The translations under genes were made by a program, and so were the position numbers. A stretch of DNA of 64,000 bases from the human T2T-CHM13v2.0 reference genome, Homo sapiens. The notes beneath the pieces are model-generated. The model was given only the letters and a program-made list of their open reading frames with translations, made no database searches and was not told the DNA's origin. Location of the stretch: the NCBI RefSeq assembly GCF_009914755.1, contig NC_060947.1. The stretch is one strand, 5' to 3'. Each line of letters begins with the position of its first letter. The stretch's first letter is position 1. This document shows, one piece after another, positions 14,563 to 28,032 of the stretch.

Positions 14563-17035
14563 AGATATGAGTTCTTTTTCTAAAGGAAGGGTTTATTTAA
14601 AAGGAGTCATAGACCATCACTGGATTCTAGTTTCCTGAGAGACATAGAGGGTACTCTGGCATTGAAGAGAGACACTAGAAGGATGGACATTTTTGGAATG
14701 TTTAACAAGTCTCTCACTTTACAGCATCAGCAGCAGAGAGTGTTAAGCTTGAAAAAATAAGAAAAAAGTATAAAATTATGATCTTAGTGAATTAATGACA
14801 TATTGCCAAGACTTAGGCCATCATTTATATATTAACATTAATGGGATGTGAATGTTTATAATAAAAGACAAAAAGATGAGCTTAAAGAAATTAGACCTAT
14901 TACCCAAACATAAATATTTACTTTTACATGTTGTCAGAGAGTATTTGTACCTGTCATATTGCTGTTTTGCAAATTAGAGAGTTAAATTGACTCCTTTTTA
15001 TAGATATTCTATTTCCGTCCTAAAACTCTTTCCATCACTAAATCTCTCACTAAACTTTGTGGTGTTACATAATCCTCACTTTCTAGTTAGTGGCAATCAT
15101 AAAAACAGATAAAAAGGCTTTCATTATTAGGAGTGGCATGGATGAAGTAGTTGATACTATTGGCAAGATAGAACATGACAAAGAGAGCATGACCATTATG
15201 ACTTATGCATTAAGTGAGGTGTTTTGGGCTCTTTCTGGCTATGCACCATATGGTAAGGAAATGATATCTCTGTCAGGATAGACTAGATTGTAATGCAGTA
15301 ACAAATGACCCTACTTAAAAAAAATTATTGTTATTTGAATATTTGCAAAATTTAAGGATCATGACATCATGATGAACATCTATAGAAATACATAGCTCTC
15401 TACCTAAGTACAAAATAGAGATATAGAGATAAAGTACAACTGATTCAGATAGTTAAATTATTATGCTATTATTTAATGTTCTCATGTGCAGTTTTATGTA
15501 TTCCAGATAATCTTTCTAAATAACTTATGTAGACATTTATATTTTGGTCAGTCTATTTTTTTATTTCCAAGTAATTTAATTTTTGTCCCAATTGAATTTT
15601 AAGAATAGAGCTAAATTAAAACTGTTACTCAGAGCTTTTTATTCACTTTTATGTTAATAAAGGGTTCCTTAGAGATGATATACCTAGTTTTCTGTAAGTG
15701 GTTTTTATTTTCTTGGTAATCTACAAGTCAGATTTTAGGCAACACCTGTTGAAAAAAGGTTAGGGCACCATTTACATGTTTTTCAAATTGTAAAGTTCTA
15801 ATGCAGGTTTCTGCAGTTAGAATATTCATGACACAAACTGTTTCAAATACAACTTAAATTGAGATTCAGGTTTAAATGTTGATTTATGAAAGTTCTTCTT
15901 TAATGAAACTTGTTTTTATGAGATCTCTGAATTGCAAGAAGTAGGACTTCAGCTTTGGAACTGAAATAGCTCTTGGCTATTTGTTTTAATCACTTTCCAC
16001 ACAAACCTCACTTCTGAACGGTCATCTTATTTAGAGTTATTATCAACTTACTTGCCTTAGTGCTGACATTGTTGATGGATTCGAAGAAGTGAAATTGGCA
16101 ATCCTGTATCTAATGCTAGTGTCTTTGGAACAACAAAAGGAGTTTCAAAGGGAGGCTGAAATTGAACACTTAATATTATAAATCATGATATATGTATTTT
16201 TTTGTTTTGTCTTGTCTTTTACTTTGGAGAGGGGTTTCTTTACTGCATGGACAGTTGTATTCATTAAATATATAGAAAGGTCATGGCTTTCCTAAAACTT
16301 TGGGCTGTTCTTTAAAAATTAATCTTATTCTCATCAGGAGTTTGTCACTTCTAAACTGATCTGAGTTAATTTATTGGAACTGTGAGTAAGAGACATTACA
16401 TAATTTGGGCACAAGGAGAGAATCTGTGTCCTGGAACTTGCTGATGGCACCTTCAAAGGTGACCCAGTTGACCAGAAAGTGTTGATTTCCACTTTGTAAT
16501 TTTAAAAATATATGACAATCAAAGGGCATTTCATGACCCAGGAGGGAGTGGAAGTAGCAAATAAGCATGATTATTGCAAAAGCTTACTAGATTGAGTAGA
16601 AGGAATATGCACTGCTGTCAAAAAGTTGCAATGTAAAATAGTCAAAACTTTTTCTATGGCTCTGATGATAGCAATCAACAAAATGAGGAAAATGATGTGG
16701 CAGGATTCAGAATCTGACTAAGGAGTACTAACAGAGAAAATTATCATGTTCTTGGCTTTAGAGACAAATAAATGGGCCATGTGGGCCCAATCTTTTGTAA
16801 CTTAAAAAATGGGAAAAGCTACGGGAGAGTTAACGTTACCATTTTATGCCTTAAGTGAGATGTTTTGGGCTCTTTCTGGCTACAAGGTTTGGAACCACAA
16901 TTGGATTAATGGTAGTTGGCTTTAATGGTCCGTGGGAAGCTAAAGGTTACAGGCAATCATTTCATCAGCCTCCTGGCTGGCCTCAATGGAAATAAAATTG
17001 TCAGACTGTAACTTTAAGGAGGCTGAGTTAGCAAA

Positions 17036-17360
17036 TATATTAATTTCCTATTGTTGTTGTTATAAATTATTACAAATTTAGTGGCTTAAAACAACACAAA
17101 TATATTATGTCACGGTTCTATAAGTCAGAAGTTCACCATGGGTCTCACTGGGCTAAATCAAGGTATCCACAGGAGGCTGCAGGAAACACGTTTCTTTGCC
17201 TTTTCAGGCTTCTAGAAACTCCGTGCATTCCTTGGCTCATGGCCCCTTTTTCCATCTTCCAAGTAGCAGTATAGCATTACCACAACTACTTCACTGACTC
17301 TGCTTCTGTGGTCATACTGCCTTCTCTCGTCTGTAACCTGACCCTCATGCATCCCTCTTT
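17036..17360 (-). mobile_element. MLT1 (D/E-like) MaLR LTR fragment
   Basis: aaatttagtggcttaaaacaacacaaat...ctcactgggctaaatcaagg...cattccttggctcatggcccc. Confidence 0.75.
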
Positions 17361-18185
17361 TCATTTACTGAAAAAGCAATGACTGTGACATGACTAAATA
17401 AAGAAAATTTATCATATTTCTTAAAATAATGTATCAAAATAATTGTATTTATCAAAATGACAGCAAATTAAAAATTTAAAAAGAAAACAGATAACAAATC
17501 AATACGCAGGGTATGAAATTACTCCAGATGAAATGAATGGACAAGTGATTAGAAAATAATTATATTCATGGTTGCTCAAGATATAAAGAGATAGCAGTTA
17601 CTAAAAAAAAAAAACACAAACATTTAGAGTCGCTAAAAATCTCAAAAGAACACAACTAGTGAGTGTGTAAAAGAAATTCTAGTCAATATGTATAAAACAA
17701 AAGATCACTATTCGGAATATGCAGATACCTCTTATTTATTAATAATGAACAAATGACCTAATAGAAAAATGGAGAAAATATTTAAGCAGATAATCAAAGC
17801 AGCCAATAAGCACATGTAGTTTTTCAGCTTCACTGTTAATCATGAAAATGTCAATTAAATATATATGTACTATTTTCTACTCACCAGATTGCGTAAATTC
17901 TAAATTGTCAGACAATTGAAAGGTTGATGAAAAATGGCTACAATTTTGCATATTGATTAAATCTAAAAACTAATCACCCAGAAATTAAAACTTTTGGTAT
18001 TTACCCTTGAGAAATACTAATACATGTATATAAAAAGACGTGCACAGAGATATTATTTATTTTTATGGTTGTTTGTGGTAGGGAAAAATTAACATCAAAA
18101 CAAACATAAAGGCCATCAAAATGGAGTAAATAAATAAAATGTGGTAAGACATGTAATGAAGAAATACTATTCTGAAATTAAATGA

Positions 18186-18517
<332 letters not shown>

Positions 18518-18594
18518 CATGTGGGGAAATTTAAAAAAGATAGTGAGTAAATGATATGAAATATTTATGTAAACTAAAGCACAGCCTTTCTGTA

Positions 18595-18720
18595 GCCAGC
18601 TAGGTGGTCCGCACCTATAATCCCAGTTATTTGGGAGGCTGAGACCAGAAGATAACTTGAGTCTAGGAGTTTGAAGCCACCTTGGGCAACATAGTGAAAC
18701 TCCATCTCATAAAAAAAAAA
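18595..18720 (+). mobile_element. FLAM-type Alu monomer
   Basis: cacctataatcccagttatttgggaggctgag...ggagtttgaagccaccttgggcaacatagtgaaactccatctc followed by an A tail. Confidence 0.8.
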
Positions 18721-20395
18721 TTAAAACACAAAATAACACTAGATAATTTGATTGGCTACATATTCATATGTTCAGAAGTTTGAAAACTAATTGAGGGATA
18801 AATAGCAAATTTCTAATAGTGTTTACACCAGTGTAGACGAGGAGTGGATCATCAAAGGAGGTGAGGATAGAAGAGAGCCTGGCTAGATGAGTGATATCTC
18901 TAATTATTTTCTGTCGAAATATACCTGTATTCATATTTTCAGTAGTTTGTGAAGTATGCACATGGGGGGAAATGTGTTTATGAGTAAACTAAATAAAGTA
19001 TAAAAAGTGGTTAATTCTGGAAGCTAGCAATATAGGTTATTAATATTATTTCTTTTTTATGTGTTTTCTAAGTTTGTAAATATTTTATCAGGATAATTAT
19101 ACCAAAAAAAGTAGTTTTAAAAAACAGTGCAGCAGATTAACTTCAGAACATACAGAGCCACTGGGCAAATTCCTGAGCAGAGGAATTTATATCAAAAGCA
19201 GGATACAGAGGCAAAGAGATCTTAAAAAGACAGTTAAGAGATGAGTATAGCTTTTGAAGCTCCAACATAGATCTAACTGATTATTCATAAGAAATTAATA
19301 AAGAGAATAAAAAGAAGGAATATTTGAATTGATAATGTCAAATAATTTTTCAGAACTGAAAAATAAGAGTAGAGTCCACTGTTTAAAAGTATGCATTGAA
19401 TGCCCAGTATGATAAGTAAAAATAAATCCACCTATAGAAATCAAGGTTAATGAGAACATCTTATTAGATACCAGAAAGAAAAGACAGACTACCTACAAAA
19501 AAAAAAAGACAATTAGAATGACACCAAGCTTCTCGTTAGCAAGGAGAGATGCCAGAAAACAACTGAGGATAAAATATTTCAACCTTAAATTCTATGCCTA
19601 CCTAAACAATTGTTAAGAAGACAAAATAAATAAATTTTCTGATGTTGACTAACTAAGACAACTTCTGTCCATAAATTTAGTGGAGAGGAAGGTTTTTTAA
19701 AGCACCAGCAAATGTGAAACCAAAAGACAAAAATAGGATTCATGTAACAATGCATTTTTTCTTCCTCCTCTCGAAAAGAAGTTAAAACTTCTATATTACA
19801 GTCAATTGAATTTCCAGTAATTTTCCTTTTGAGAACAAATAAAGTAAGGAAAATCTTTACATTTTGCCTCCTGTTTCTTGATAAAATGTTAGGAAAAGTC
19901 AAAATAAGTCGAATATTTGATGAAATTGATGCAGTTCATGTCAGTATGCAGTAATTGGAAGCCTTGGAACCCTATGTAGGCTGACATAGAAAGCAATGTA
20001 AAAATGGCACGTGAATTTTCTTTCTTCTTTCTAAAAAGAAGAGCTAGATTTTTAGATAGGAATACAAATGCTTCATTTGTTCATAGGTTATCAAGATTTT
20101 CTTTCATTTGAAGTTTTGTTTGGCAGACATCTTCCTTTGAAAATGGGAGACTTGTGGAGGTTTCAAAGGGACTTGTGAGGAAAAAGTTTTGGACAGAACC
20201 AGAAACTGGCTGGATTGAGAGACAACATTTTTATACAAATGCACATTGAAAGGGAATGAAATAACCCTTAATTCCAACATGATCTGTTTCAGATTACTAA
20301 AGGAAATATATTATATTGTATGGTATATAATGAGCACTCAACAATTTTATGTTGAACTAGTAGCAATTATCTTGTGCTCCCGACCCACTAAGCTT

Positions 20396-20648
20396 ATTTA
20401 AAGATCAAGAATAACAGATTATTCTTGATTTAAAGATCAAGAATAACAGATTATTCTTGATTTAAAGATCAAGAATAACAGATTATTCTTGATTTAAAGA
20501 TCAAGAATAACAGATTATTCTTGATTTAAAGATCAAGAATAACAGATTATTCTTGATTTAAAGATCAAGAATAACAGATTATTCTTGATTTAAAGATCAA
20601 GAATAACAGATTATTCTTGATTTAAAGATCAAGAATAACAGATTATTC
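20396..20648. repeat. Perfect 32-bp minisatellite (7.9 copies) with a palindromic unit
   Basis: Unit ATTTAAAGATCAAGAATAACAGATTATTCTTG. Period 32 checked (aagatcaaga at 20401, 20433 ... 20561). No variant copies seen. Confidence 0.98.
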
Positions 20649-23251
20649 ATTAGATTATTTATGTACTAGATAATTAATTCAGTTTAATATAAGAATAATG
20701 AAATAGATTAAAAGAGAGCCATGCATGGGTTAATGATATTAAAATGTCACAAACGAATAATTATACCAATTGTGTACACAGGAGCTTTTTGAGAAAAAAG
20801 TAGCGGATTTTATGTTCTGTTGAAAACTGTAAAGTTCTATATAAATGTTATTTCAACAGCATTGAAATGGTGATTTTCTGAGAAAATTTTCTGTACTAGT
20901 TTAACTAAATTATACATGGAGATCAAATGAATTCTCAAGTGGGCCTATTTATTTTGAATCAGGAATTATATAAAATATGGAGGACATTATTAAGAAAAAT
21001 AGCATTTAAGACTAGGCCTAATTAATATTTTCAATGAGGGTAATTTCATAGGATTGAAGAGAGAATAGGATTTTTATAACTGAATATGGTATAATAGAGA
21101 CCAAGAGTTTTCTGGTCATTCATTACCAAGAAAATTTTAATTATGTGGAAAAAAGCAAAAGAACAAGAAAGTCAAGAGGATCTGAAGCAGAGTATTTATC
21201 CAGCCCAGTGTCACTTGATTAAAATAGAGATGTTGTAGTCCTTTAGAATGTCCATAGAGACAACTGAAACTGACCTTTAAAAAGTGTTGACTATAGGTTT
21301 TGTTGTTACTGAGCTTTGATAGCCACTTTAAATCCCTTCTGATGCAATTTATGCCCTCCCTTCTTTATCAAAAAGGAAAAAAATTGTTTAGTAGATAATA
21401 TGGAAATATGCCTCATTTCTCTACAGTCTAGCACCACTGAACTAGAAAATATAAGGCATTTATATTTTCTAGTTTGGTGATTTCGACCATTGAAGTGTTC
21501 TTCATTCCACGCTTTGGAATGGAAACTTGAAAATGATGTAGGAATATAGTATAAACATTCTGACTAGAGTATGATTGAAAAAAATGTAACTAGAGTGGTT
21601 TTCTCTTTTCTGTAGACTGTTCTTTCAGTGCACCTCTTAATATGATTATGGCTCCAATCTCAGAGAGCCTGAGAAACTTGCCCAAGTCCACATGGCTAGA
21701 ACATAACATGATTCATTCAGGGTATATTAACAATAAGGTTTATTTTCGGGTTAAGAATAAGAAAATGCCTTATATTTTTTGAGTGTTCGTTTAAAGTCCA
21801 CAGTCAAAAAATATTATATGACTTCATCAAGGCCTAACTCTCTTCACTTTATCACATTGCTTCAACAATAGACTGTTAAGGCAGTGGAATAATCTGGGAT
21901 GATTAATTTTCTTGTAATCATTGAGGACCATGAATAAAATTGCAAAAAAAAAAAACAACTGCCATTTTTTCCATTTATATTTTTAATTAGAAAGCAGGCA
22001 TTTAATGAGAAAAATTCACGTTTGCCTTGCAACTACTTATGGTCGCGTTAAAATGTCTATCAATGTAGGATAAATGGAAACATGTTAAGATTTGATTATT
22101 AAGCTTTGCTTAATTAATATATTTCCAGGAAAATATCAGACTACTGATTTGGGCTACAAATAACACTGCCTGGTTTTTTGTAGCCAGGTAGTGTTATTTG
22201 CAGCTGAAATCAGTAAGTTTGTAATTTAGAACCTGTTAGCCTAATAAATCATCATGTGTTACTATGAATATGTGAAGGCATTTAACTAAAGTCTAAGTAT
22301 GATCCATCATATGGAAATACGTGAAGGCATTTCCAGTCTTTAGTAAGGACATGGCAATGTCACTATCATATAGAACAGTGGAATGGCTATTATTTGCCTC
22401 ATCAGACGGATGCATTCTTAATAAAAGATAAATTAGATTGAACCCATAAGCGGATGTCAGGAACTGTGAGATTTACATTTTAGAAACATTTCCTAGAAAT
22501 ATCATGGGAAAACTTATCAAATGGATTTTTATTATCAAAAATAGCTGAGAATTGTTCGTACATCTACATATGCTCATGTTCCTTAATTCTAAATTTGCTT
22601 CAGAAACAAGTCAGTAATTTAAATGACAAATAAAACATTGGAAAAATATTTTCAATGCATATAAGCTAATTTTTATTTTAATACCAATAGACATTACATG
22701 CTTTCTTAGAAAAAGAACTGAATGTGAAAACGAAACAGTTTAATCTCTGCTCTGATATCACGCATTTCACTGGTGAGTCTACTATTTTTTTCTCATACAT
22801 TACTACTTAAAAGTATGGGAGTTTGATAAATTCAACAAAATACCTTTTATTGTAGCCTTAGGTGGCTTCCTTTGTTTTCTCAGTTAAGAAGAGGACATTA
22901 ATGAGTATGAAAACATCTAAGATTGTTGCTTTATTTACTAAATGCTGGGCTGATTAAATAGTAAGTCTGCCAAAGATCACAGCCTTGAACAAAAGGCATA
23001 GATGCATATCACAGAGTACCAGGAGGGGATTCCATTCCTATTCCATTTGAGTCTCCCCTGACAAATGATACTGAGCACTACGTTACATTGATTCACTTGC
23101 CCACAAAAGGTTGTGATAAGAGTGTCTAATCTTTATGCTTGAATTGCCTTATTGTACTTGTAGAAATGAAAGCAGAAGAAAATATATGGAAAACAGATTG
23201 TGTATCTTATTTGTCTTCTGTCCAAAGGATACATTTAAAATAATTTGTCTA

Positions 23252-23700
<449 letters not shown>

Positions 23701-25247
23701 TTAGCAAAGTCTAGGAGGCATCAAGATAAGATTAGTTCCTAGTAGTTACTCTTTGTTAATTAACTCCCTGAAGAAACCTGAGAACATTTGATATTAAAGA
23801 AAATATAGTAGTTCATTTTCAGATAGATTGAAGTTTTCCTTGCTCTTCTAATAGATGTCTTCCTAATATAGTTTCCATAATCTCTAAATATCATACCCTG
23901 CTTTTATTCTCTTGTATATTTCCCCTCCCATATATAAAGTATATAATGTACTGAGAAACATAGAAATAATTGCAATATACAATATTCCTAGTTACATTTC
24001 AGTAATTGTTTTGTGGCATACAGTTACATATTCTTTCTGGGAGAGTGTGATGAAGGATATAGATGAAAGATTGGTCATTTCAGTGCCAAATCATCTTAGA
24101 CTTTATGTCCCTTCCTCCCTACAATGTCACCATCCTCTGTAACGCTTTTCTCAGAATTGAGACTCCCTGAAGGTCTTAGAGTTTAACGATGCCCTTTTTG
24201 TCCATTAGTTTATTTAATAAATGATTATTGAGCAACTATATGGCAAGTACTGTTCTTGATTGTAAAATCTGGCAAGGACCTTTAAGGTCCTCCCAGGGTC
24301 TTTTATCTTATAAGTTGTCAAAAAGGCTTAGTAGTAATTATTTTATTTGAGTTCACATAAGGATATTACAAGGTTAAGACTTTTATCGTGACAAAAGTTT
24401 TTGTGTTTTATTTTTCGTGTCTCTAGTTATTTTTGTTTCATTTTTATTCTCAAACCAGTTTTGAATCAAGGGATTTTATTTTTGTCCAGCATTTCACTTT
24501 AAGACAGTTAGAGTTTCTTACAATTCCTGTGCTCATGAATGAAAATTAAAGCATATAATCATTCAACTAAAGCGTATTGCTTGTCATCTTAAAACCTATT
24601 TTAGGATGTGAAGTATTATTTATTGAAATTTTAAGTTAGCAGTGTTTGACGTAGTTTGTATCAGATACTCTCCAAAGTCATTTTCTGATTAATGGAGACC
24701 ATTTAAATATATAAATAACTGATACAGAATGAATAGCACTGGCTATTACAATTTCTTTGTCTTTAAATTCACAGGAGAATGGTGTTGCCTAAGAATTGTT
24801 GGCATTTTTTAATGAAAATTTGTTTATACATTTACATAATAAAATTAAAACCCTTTTTCAAAGGCACTTGACATTTAGAGGCATTGTTTAAAAATATTTT
24901 CCAGCATCTTCTAGATTTTACACCAAGTGAATGTTCTGTTTAAAAATGGTTCTATGGTCAAACAAGTTTATGGAATGATGCCTGCTTATTCTCCCTGTAG
25001 AAATTCATAATGCCCATTTCTGTATCAGAAAAATCTTAGAGAATCTTGCTTATCTTTATGTTTCCCTTTAGAAAATGAAAACTATTTCAAACATTTTATT
25101 AGTATGTAGAAAATACTATGACAGCAGAAGTATTTTATCAGTCTTTAAATTTTTCCCAAATAGCAATACATTCCAGTTGCATGCAAATGTAAATACCTTC
25201 TCTCAATTGCCTGAAATTAATACATTAAAATAACAGAAAAATAGTGT

Positions 25248-25599
25248 TATCTTAGTCTGTTTGGGCTGCTATAACAAAATACTTTAGACTTGTAATTTAC
25301 AAACAATAGGAATTTATTTCTCACAGTTCTAGATGCTGGGAAGTCCAAGATCAAGGCACCAGCAATATCAGTGTCTGGTGAGAGCTCTCTGCTTCATAGA
25401 TGGTGGCTTGTTGCTGTGTCCTCACATCATGGAAGGACAAACAAACTCTCTCAGGCTTCCTTTATAAGGGCATTAATCCCATTCAGGAGGGTTCCACCCT
25501 CATGATATAGTCACTTCACAAAGGCCCCACCTATTAATACATTTGGGATTGCATTTCAACATATAAATCATTGAGGGACACAACATTCAGACCATAACA
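25248..25599 (-). mobile_element. MLT1A0-like MaLR solo LTR
   Basis: tcttagtctgtttgggctgctataacaaaatac...gggaagtccaagatcaaggc...acattcagaccataaca, about 350 bp. Confidence 0.85.
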
Positions 25600-26301
25600 A
25601 GAATAAGCTTGGATTTGGAAAGAATTTGAAAAGGAAAGTAGGAATACAATTGACTTTCCCAAGTTCATAGGTAGTAACAAAGAATGAGCAATAATCAAGA
25701 TGCCTTTGTTCTTATCTTTCCCCAACTCAAATAAGTTATATATAAAAATTCATTTCTTACTAGGTCCATTATACTTGTCTATCTCTTGAAAACTTGAGTG
25801 TCCTAATGAAATGAGACTTCTATTTTGTAAGATGAGAGAAAGGTGAGGCAAATATTCTGAGGCACCTTCTAGACTGCAGAGCAACATGCACTGAGTTTTT
25901 TGAAAGATTTACCAGTTTTAAAAAATAAATGCTGTCTTGTTCTTCATCATCCTCCCATCACTGGCATATCTTGGTAAAAGTGAGATGTTATCAGTGAGAG
26001 CCCTTTAGGTAGATCCTCGTAAAAGTTACCATTTTGAGAATTGTATTTATGATTGTTGGTGTGTTAACAAAATCATGTTGCAAGAGAAATGGACTTTTGG
26101 CTAACTGCCTAGCTCTATTATCCTAGAAACTAGTTAAATGGTATATGTCAACTATTTTATGATAAAAATGTCCCCCGTGGATGGATGAGATGTATCTAGG
26201 TTGGAAGAACCATAAATACTTGAGAAGAAGTCACAGCTTTGGGTGTTCCTAGGTGCAGGGACTCTTGATATGGGGCATATCCCTTGAAGGTCTTTGGAAG
26301 C

Positions 26302-26693
26302 TGTATTAGTCCATTCTCACATTGCTATAAAGAACTACCTGAGACTGGGTAATTTATAAAGAAAAGAGATTTAATTGTCTCATGGTTCCACAGACTGTAC
26401 AGGAAACATGGCTGGGGAGGCCTCAGGAAACTTATAATCATGGTAGAAGGCGAAGGGGAAAGCAAACATGTCCTATGTGGCTGGAGCAGGAGGAAGAGAG
26501 CAAAGAGCGAGGTGCTACACAACCAGATCTCCTGAGAACTTACTCACTATCATGAGAACAGCAAGGGGAAAATCTGCCTCCATGATCATGTCTAAATTGC
26601 ATGTCAGATTGTAATTCCCAGGCCCTTCCTCCAATACTGGGAATTACAATTTGACATGCAATTTAGACAGTGACACAAATCCAAACCATAACT
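26302..26693 (-). mobile_element. MSTA-like MaLR LTR (3' LTR of the composite element)
   Basis: tgtattagtccattctcacattgctataaagaactacctgagactgggtaatttataaagaaaagag...acaaatccaaaccata. Confidence 0.9.
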
Positions 26694-27503
26694 TTCCGTC
26701 CCTGGCCCCTCCCAAATCTCATGTCCTTCTCACATGGCAAAATACAAGTATCCCTTCTCAACAGTCCCCCAAGTCTTAACTTATTCCAGCATTAACTCAA
26801 AAGTCCGCAGTCTGAAGTCTCATGTGAGACAAGGCGAGTCCCTTCTACCTATGAGCCTGTAAAATAAAAAACAAGTTAGTTAATTCCAAGATACAATATG
26901 TCTTGGCTATTAGCATTCGGCTCCTCTTTACTTATGCAAATCTCTGCAGCCAGCTTGAGTACTCCCCAGAAAACAGGTTTTTCTTTTCTACCACATGATC
27001 AGGCTGCAACTTCTCCAAACTTTTACCCTCTGCTACCCTTTTAAATATAAGTTCCAGTTTCAGATCATCCCTTTGCTCATGCATATGCTGTTAGAAGCAG
27101 CCAGGCAACATCTTGAATGCTTTGCTGCTTAGAAATTTCTTCCACCAGATACTCTAAATCGTCTCTCTCAAGTTCAAAGTTCCACAGATCCCTAGAGCAG
27201 GGGCACAGTGCTGACAGTCTCTTTGCTGAAGCATAACAAGAGTGACCTTTGCTCCAGTTCCCAATAAGTTCCTCATCTTCATCTGAGACCACCTCAGCCT
27301 GGGTTTCATTGTCCATATCACTATCAGCATTTTGGTCACAACAATTTAACAAGTCTCTAGAAAGTTCCAATCTTTCCCTCAGCTTCCCATCTTCTTCTGA
27401 GCCCTCCAACTGTTCCACCCTCTGTCCATTAACCAGTCCCGAAGCTGCTTCCACCTTTTCAGGTATCTTTATAGCAATGTCCCATTTCCCAGTACCACTT
27501 TTC
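26694..27503 (-). mobile_element. MST internal sequence, internally deleted (~0.8 kb)
   Basis: Polypurine tract (minus strand gggaggggccagggacggaa) next to the MSTA LTR, and a PBS-like gaaaagtggtactgggaaatggg at the other end. ORF 27077-27454 is the MaLR gag-like remnant (EELIGNWSKGHSCY...LCPCSRDLWNFELERDDL). Confidence 0.9.
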
Positions 27504-28032
27504 TGTATTAATCAGGGTTCTCCAGAGGGACAGAACTAATAGGATATGTGTATATATCAGAGGAAGTTTATTAGGGAGAACTGGCTCACATGAACCCAAG
27601 TCAAAGTCCCCAAAAGTCTCCAAGCTGGGAAAACAAGGAAATAGTAGTGGCTCAGTCCGAGTCCAAAAACCTCAAAAGCGGGGAAGCCAGCAGTGCAGCC
27701 TTCAGTCTGTGGCTGAAGGGCTGACAGCCCCCAGCAAATCACTGGTGTATGTCCAAGAGCCCAAAGGCCAAAGAACCTGGAGTCTGATGTCCAAGGGCAG
27801 AAGACTCCACAAGCCAGCTTATCCCACCTTCTTCTGCCTGCTTTGTTCTAGCTGCACTGGCAGCCAGTTGGATGGTGCCCACCCACATTGAGGGTGGATC
27901 TTTCTCTCCTATTCCACTGACTAAAATGTCAATCTCCTCTGGCAACACCCTCACAGACACACTCAGAAACAATACCAGCTAGCTAGGCATTCTGCAATCC
28001 AATCAAGTTGCCACCTAATATTAACCACTACA
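27504..28032 (-). mobile_element. MLT2A (A2-like) HERV-L LTR, in the 5' LTR position of the MST internal sequence
   Basis: tgtattaatcagggttctccagagggacagaactaatagga...ggcaacaccctcacagacacac...caatccaatcaagttgccacctaatattaaccactaca. Confidence 0.88.

Noticed and set aside
20396-20648. CRISPR-like array (32-bp palindromic repeats)
   Set aside because: The repeats are head-to-tail with no unique spacers, there are no cas genes, and the context is a primate genome.
22266-22333. Short direct repeat AATA(T/C)GTGAAGGCATTT 50 bp apart, and AATGGATAAGGCT twice near 40581-40629
   Set aside because: Only two short copies each, consistent with ordinary small duplications and too little to call a system.
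27077-27454. 125-aa acidic ORF as a host gene
   Set aside because: It is the MaLR internal gag-like remnant in a deleted element, with no evidence of domestication from the sequence alone.
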